Below, piece after piece: positions 61,675 to 64,000 of a stretch of DNA of 64,000 nucleotides. Both the position numbers and the translations under genes were made by a program. The stretch is from the NCBI GenBank assembly GCA_937997485.1, contig CALKTH010000033.1, forward strand, positions 32,438 through 96,437, written 5' to 3'. The notes below the pieces were generated by a model, which had not been told where the DNA came from, did no database searches, and saw nothing but the letters and a program-made list of their open reading frames with translations. This DNA comes from an uncultured Acidimicrobiales bacterium (GTDB lineage Bacteria; Actinomycetota; Acidimicrobiia; Acidimicrobiales; SZUA-35). Position 1 is the stretch's first letter; every line of letters begins with the position of its first letter.

Positions 61675-61950
61675 CCTCCTCGGCCGAAATTTCGTGTCCA
61701 GCCCACCAGAACGGTGGGCTGACGGAACGAGAAGCTGAGAAAGGTCGGCTTCCGCTGCGGTTTCAGCCGCGTGGACTCAATCCGACGCCGAAACGGGATG
61801 CGCTGATGACCATCTGCTTGTCTGGCAAGCGTCTCGCCGCCTCGAGGCATGCCCTCGCCACAAACTGCAGCGTGCGACGACCTTTCGGGCCTTTCGGCAG
61901 CGCCAGTCCACCGGAACGGTGGGCTGGACACGAAATTTCGGCGGAGGGGG
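61675..61950. repeat. ~276-bp long imperfect palindrome / MITE-like or structured-RNA-like element
   Basis: The perfect 24-bp inverted termini are CCGAAATTTCGTGTCCAGCCCACC (61684-61707) and its reverse complement (61918-61941), extendable to ~33 bp (7/9 matches in the outer 9 nt). Arm similarity continues inward ~85 nt (GGTGGRCTG, GAAAGGTCG, CGCTGCNGTTT). Each end also has a local 9-bp hairpin. Confidence 0.8.
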
Positions 61951-61977
61951 CGAGGGCTGGGGCGTCGGAGAAAAGCG

Positions 61978-62049
61978 TGCCCTCGGCAGGATTCGAACCT
62001 GCGCACACGGCTCCGGAGGCCGATGCTCTATCCCCTGAGCTACGAGGGC
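61978..62049 (-). tRNA. tRNA-Arg (anticodon CCG)
   Basis: 72-nt cloverleaf read by eye. Acceptor is GCCCTCG/CGAGGGC, D-arm GCTC-AGGGGATA-GAGC, anticodon loop CU-CCG-GA and T-arm GCAGG-TTCGAAT-CCTGC. The discriminator is A and no CCA is encoded. Confidence 0.9.
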
Positions 62050-62090
62050 AATTCAAGGAGCCCTGACCCTACCGCAGCGCGGTGTGGTCG

Positions 62091-63017
62091 CTACAGGCCC
62101 TTGCCGAACTTGTGAGCGGACTTGAGAATCGCCGAGGCTGGCACTCCAGCGGCCACCAGCAGAGCGACGGGGACGCGCTTCTCGGTCGGCTTGAGTTTGA
62201 AGGTCTCCACCGCCGTTCGGAGGGCTGCGCCCCGCTGCTTCATGGCGCCCCGGGCAATCGCCTGCTGGCCCCGAATGCGGGCGAGCCCGGCGGGCTGATC
62301 GTGGAACTCGGGATACTTCTCAACAAGGAACTCGAGCGCCTCATCGATCGTCTTCCACTTCTCGAAGAAGAAGGACGCACCGTGCCAATGGACCCGAATG
62401 AGTGGCTCGGGAGCGAGAGCGAACGGAGAGAGGCGAGCCGCCCGCAAGAGCCAGTCGTAGTCCTCGCCGTAGCCACCGGGGATCGTCTCGTCGACATCAC
62501 CCATCTCGGCAATGAGCTCGGCGGAGGCCAGCGTGGCCGACGGGTGGACCTCGGTCATGCGATCGTTCAGAAAGCCCTCGAACGTAAGCGTGGCCTGGTC
62601 GGCAATGCGCTCGGTGTCTTCACCCTCGAAGTGGATGTACACGCCGGTCGTTGCGACACGAGCCCCAGGGGTGCGGGCGATGGCTTCGAACTGCTTCTTG
62701 AGCTTGCCTTCGAGCCACTCGTCGTCGTCATCGCAGAACGCAATCCACTCATGAGCGGCCGCGGCAACACCGGTATTGCGGGCGCCAGCCAGCCCGGGCG
62801 AGTGATCGTTTTCGATGACTCGAATGCGGCGATCCTCTCGACCAACCACGCCCTCGATGGTCTCGAGCGCATGGTCTGGTTCGGAGCGATCGAACACAAC
62901 GACGATCTCGAGCGGAGCATCGTGCTCCTGCATCAGCACCGCGTCGATGGCCCGACGCAAGAGGACAGGGCGATCGCGCGTAGCGATCACGACGGAAGTG
63001 GACTGCGATGCGCTCAT
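62091..63017 (-). CDS. family 2 glycosyltransferase
   Basis: 308 aa with the N-terminal GT-A motif VVIATRDRPVLLRRAIDAVLMQ, DxD (FCDDDDEW) and NTGV. Confidence 0.85.
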   Translation of the reverse strand: MSASQSTSVVIATRDRPVLLRRAIDAVLMQEHDAPLEIVVVFDRSEPDHALETIEGVVGREDRRIRVIENDHSPGLAGARNTGVAAAAHEWIAFCDDDDEWLEGKLKKQFEAIARTPGARVATTGVYIHFEGEDTERIADQATLTFEGFLNDRMTEVHPSATLASAELIAEMGDVDETIPGGYGEDYDWLLRAARLSPFALAPEPLIRVHWHGASFFFEKWKTIDEALEFLVEKYPEFHDQPAGLARIRGQQAIARGAMKQRGAALRTAVETFKLKPTEKRVPVALLVAAGVPASAILKSAHKFGKGL

Positions 63018-63028
63018 GCGGGGGATCC

Positions 63029-63724
63029 TCAGTTCTGCGGCGTTGTCGCCGTGCCCGCGACGGAAGCAACAGTGGGTGTACTCAACGGCGTGCGAATGCC
63101 GAGAAGCTGGTCCACTTTGACACCGAATTGCACGACACCGGGTGGAGCGGCAACAACGGCTTGATGAATCGAGAAGTCGGCCGGATTCGCCAGCGCCTCA
63201 TCCATCGCGGCAATGAAGGCTTCTTCGGTTCGAGCAAGGCGAGCCAAGCCGTGGCGCTCCAGGTGGTCGCCGAAGCGCTGCTGATGTCCATCGACGTGCT
63301 CGCCGAGCTTCGGGTCACGGGCAACCACGATCGGGAGACGACCGGAGCTTCGGGCATCCATCACCGTTGACGGACCACCATGGCTGACGACGACTTCAGC
63401 GGCAGCGAAGAGTTCGAGAAGCTGCGCATGGGGCAGAAGGTCGTGGCTCTCGACCACCTTCGGCGCCGCTGAGGTGCCGCGCTGCATGATGATCGAAACG
63501 TCGGGGTGGGCAGCGGCCCAGCGATCGACCCACTCGACCATTCGTTCGAAAGGGTGATGGTCGGTGCCGACACTGATGACGACTTGACGAGCGGACAGCT
63601 CTCGAAGCGAACGAGCCGTCCACGTGTGGTCCGTAGGAGCTGGAGACACGGTGGATGCAATCCGATCAGCGGCAGATGCCGAGGTCGAGCCTGTCTGAGG
63701 AGGCGTGGGCATAGGAGTGGCCAT
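63029..63724 (-). CDS. Alg13-like / PssE-Cps14G-type glycosyltransferase (GT28 C-terminal domain)
   Basis: 231 aa with VVISVGTDHHPFERMV...VVSHGGPSTVMDA...P...HQQRF, the pattern of the Alg13-like catalytic half. It has a ~45-aa Ser/Thr/Pro-rich N-terminus. Its ATG overlaps the upstream stop by 1 nt. Confidence 0.75.
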   Translation of the reverse strand: MATPMPTPPQTGSTSASAADRIASTVSPAPTDHTWTARSLRELSARQVVISVGTDHHPFERMVEWVDRWAAAHPDVSIIMQRGTSAAPKVVESHDLLPHAQLLELFAAAEVVVSHGGPSTVMDARSSGRLPIVVARDPKLGEHVDGHQQRFGDHLERHGLARLARTEEAFIAAMDEALANPADFSIHQAVVAAPPGVVQFGVKVDQLLGIRTPLSTPTVASVAGTATTPQN

Positions 63725-64000
63725 TAGTAGAGCGGCCCCACAAGTTCACTGCCCTCGTTGAGGACCTGTTGCTCTGGCCACTGCACGAGGAAGCTCGTGG
63801 TGAAACGACGAACCAGACGGCCCGTGAGCGTTCGGGAATCGATGCGGTCGTAGACCTCGAGGTACACGGTCGGAATGCCCCGGCGGTGGGCTTCAATGAA
63901 GAAGGGCACCGCAACTCCGGCTCCGTTCGAGATGACGACGTCAGGCTGAAACGCGTCGAGCTCTCGGCGAGCGAGGAAGTAGTTGCGAGACATGTTGAAG
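63724..64000 (-). CDS. Alg14-like / PssD-Cps14F-type glycosyltransferase partner, C-terminal fragment (5' end outside window)
   Basis: The frame is open to the window edge. The tail PDVVISNGAGVAVPFFIEAHRRGIPTVYLEVYDRIDSRTLTGRLV...FLVQWPEQ matches the Alg14-like membrane-anchor half that pairs with Alg13-like proteins. Confidence 0.7.
   Translation of the reverse strand, partial: FNMSRNYFLARRELDAFQPDVVISNGAGVAVPFFIEAHRRGIPTVYLEVYDRIDSRTLTGRLVRRFTTSFLVQWPEQQVLNEGSELVGPLY

Noticed and set aside
61722-61760. GAGAAAGGTCGGCTTCC resembling the RNase P RNA GAGGAAAGUCCGGGC box
   Set aside because: The match is imperfect. The available non-coding space (~300 nt, mostly one palindrome) is too small, and the other universally conserved RNase P blocks are absent.
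61763-62115. Three 86-97-aa ORFs between the rhomboid gene and the GT2 gene
   Set aside because: All of them run through the tRNA-Arg gene and/or the palindromic element, and they have Arg/Pro/Ala-rich nonsense composition.

Overview
This is a high-GC (by eye roughly two-thirds G+C), almost fully coding chromosomal segment of actinobacterial type. The phylum call is an inference from gene content and synteny. I can support about 60 CDS, one tRNA-Arg(CCG) and one disrupted gene. I saw no rRNA, CRISPR array, transposase, integrase, phage gene or defence-type enzyme. Positions ~37-60.4 kb on the minus strand reproduce the conserved actinobacterial block known from M. tuberculosis Rv1292-Rv1311: argS-lysA-hom-thrC-rho-rpmE-prfA-prmC...wecA-atp operon. 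Many gene junctions there are 1-4 nt overlaps (ATGA/GTGA). This block deviates from the Mtb order in several ways. There is no thrB. An unknown 352-aa gene sits between rpmE and prfA. A standalone cNMP-binding protein plus rpiB and glyA are inserted. The L31 is Cys-less. There are two tandem b-type stator genes. The left part carries a sigma/anti-sigma pair, gatCAB, a CFA-synthase-like methyltransferase, a ferredoxin and MFS transporters. It also carries a NarL-type two-component system co-oriented with a PASTA Ser/Thr kinase, plus ligA, sua5-mnmA-iscS, rhomboid, mscL, meaB, nfu, ppk2 and glpX. The right edge, beyond the tRNA, starts a polysaccharide glycosyltransferase locus. I did not find a convincing multi-gene novel system. 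The most unusual things I can actually see are: (1) a ~276-bp rod-like imperfect palindrome with 24-bp perfect termini between a rhomboid gene and tRNA-Arg; (2) a PASTA kinase broken by a single in-frame TGA at a conserved Gly codon; (3) a response regulator and histidine kinase placed back-to-back with only a 13-bp AT-rich spacer; and (4) several short nucleotide repeats in regulatory positions. Long antisense ORFs in the track are treated as high-GC artefacts.
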